A DNA stretch of 64,000 bases from an uncultured Candidatus Saccharibacteria bacterium (lineage in GTDB: Bacteria; Patescibacteriota; Minisyncoccia; Phycocordibacterales; UBA918): positions 10,410 to 74,409 of the forward strand of contig CAZUWG010000002.1 in assembly GCA_964624165.1 (NCBI GenBank). The letters run 5' to 3'. The position numbers were made by a program, and so were the translations under genes. Shown here one piece after another: positions 63,393-64,000 of the stretch; the stretch's first letter is position 1; the number at the start of each line of letters is the position of its first letter. The notes beneath the pieces were generated by a model. The model was not told the origin of the DNA. It was given only the letters and a program-made list of their open reading frames with translations, and ran no database searches.

Positions 63393-64000
63393 ATGTCGTA
63401 CCGCATCGCTATAAGTTTCTTTTTTGGAATCGTGCTCTCCGTTTGTGTGGGGGCGCTCTTACCTCTTTTTCCTTATGCGGATGCACAATCAGTCGATGAT
63501 CTAAAACAACAAATTGCCGACCGTAACGAACGACTCAAAAGCATTGAAAAAGAAATCGCTGAATACGAAGCTGCTCTCAAGGAGGTGGGGGCAGAACGCT
63601 CCACACTCGAAAAAGCCATCCGCGGGCTGGAGCTTGAACGCGGCAAAATCAACGCTGACATCCGTTACACAGAAAATCTCATCGGCAACACCGATATGGA
63701 GATTGATAAACTATCACTAGAAATTCGCAAAACACAGCTCGATATCAACCAAAATATGTCTGCTATCGGCGAAACCCTCCGCGCTTTACAGACCACCGAC
63801 GACATCACACTCCTTGAAGCTTTGCTTCGCTATGAAAACATCTCAGAATTCTGGGGCTACATCGCAGACCTTTCAACCGTACGCACCAGCATGGGTGACC
63901 AAGTGACTCTGCTCTCAGGTCTCCAAGAAGAGCTGCAGGATCGAAAGTTTGAAGAGACAGGTAAGCGAGAAGATTTAGTCAGTCTCAAAGAGCAGTACGC
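63393..64000 (+). CDS. coiled-coil protein, N-terminal part (EnvC-like murein-hydrolase-activator / M23-peptidase-family N-terminus; 3' end beyond window)
   Basis: Translation from ATG 63393 reads MSYRIAISFFFGIVLSVCVGALLPLFPYADAQSVDDLKQQIADRNERLKSIEKEIAEYEAALKEVG…, an anchor/signal followed by a long heptad coiled coil. It remains open to the window end and is absent from the ORF track because it is truncated. Confidence 0.55.
   Translation, partial: MSYRIAISFFFGIVLSVCVGALLPLFPYADAQSVDDLKQQIADRNERLKSIEKEIAEYEAALKEVGAERSTLEKAIRGLELERGKINADIRYTENLIGNTDMEIDKLSLEIRKTQLDINQNMSAIGETLRALQTTDDITLLEALLRYENISEFWGYIADLSTVRTSMGDQVTLLSGLQEELQDRKFEETGKREDLVSLKEQY

Overview
This 64-kb window is gene-dense, mostly co-directional bacterial chromosome. 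It is dominated by translation and housekeeping genes, from a truncated fmt at the left edge to gltX and a truncated coiled-coil protein at the right edge (the features list follows left to right). Two blocks stand out: an alpha-operon ribosomal/rpoA block (infA through rpsI, 39829–43844) and a division and cell-wall block (scpA through murG, 56427–62015). No rRNA, tRNA, CRISPR array or transposase was recognisable. Intergenic regions are short, and nearly all are occupied by GC-rich A-tract/hairpin/T-tract bidirectional terminators of one recurring design.

The several proteins carrying lineage-odd domain fusions or insertions, the zinc-less variants of normally zinc-binding proteins (ribosomal protein L36, tRNA-guanine transglycosylase, MsrB), the alanyl-tRNA synthetase lacking its C-terminal domain, and the many uncharacterised membrane proteins are consistent with a reduced-genome bacterium such as a Candidate Phyla Radiation / Patescibacteria member. 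That is inference, not shown.

The most unusual items, described in the findings, are:
- A leucyl-tRNA synthetase with a complete Nudix hydrolase domain inserted after its editing domain, immediately downstream of a HIT-family hydrolase gene.
- A three-gene membrane operon encoding a polytopic membrane protein, a 6-TM protein fused to a canonical SET-domain lysine methyltransferase, and a multi-TM sensor histidine kinase with no response regulator nearby.
- A helicase-dead primosomal protein N' (PriA) homologue with both Walker motifs degenerated.
- An ATP-cone domain fused to an Mrr-like restriction endonuclease domain.
- A tightly overlapping operon of a Cas4-like nuclease, a minimal O6-alkylguanine-DNA alkyltransferase (MGMT) domain, a coiled-coil protein and a (p)ppGpp-hydrolase-like HD domain.
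- An FAD-linked oxidase with a histone-H1-like lysine-rich N-terminal tail.
- A protein carrying only sigma-70 region 4.
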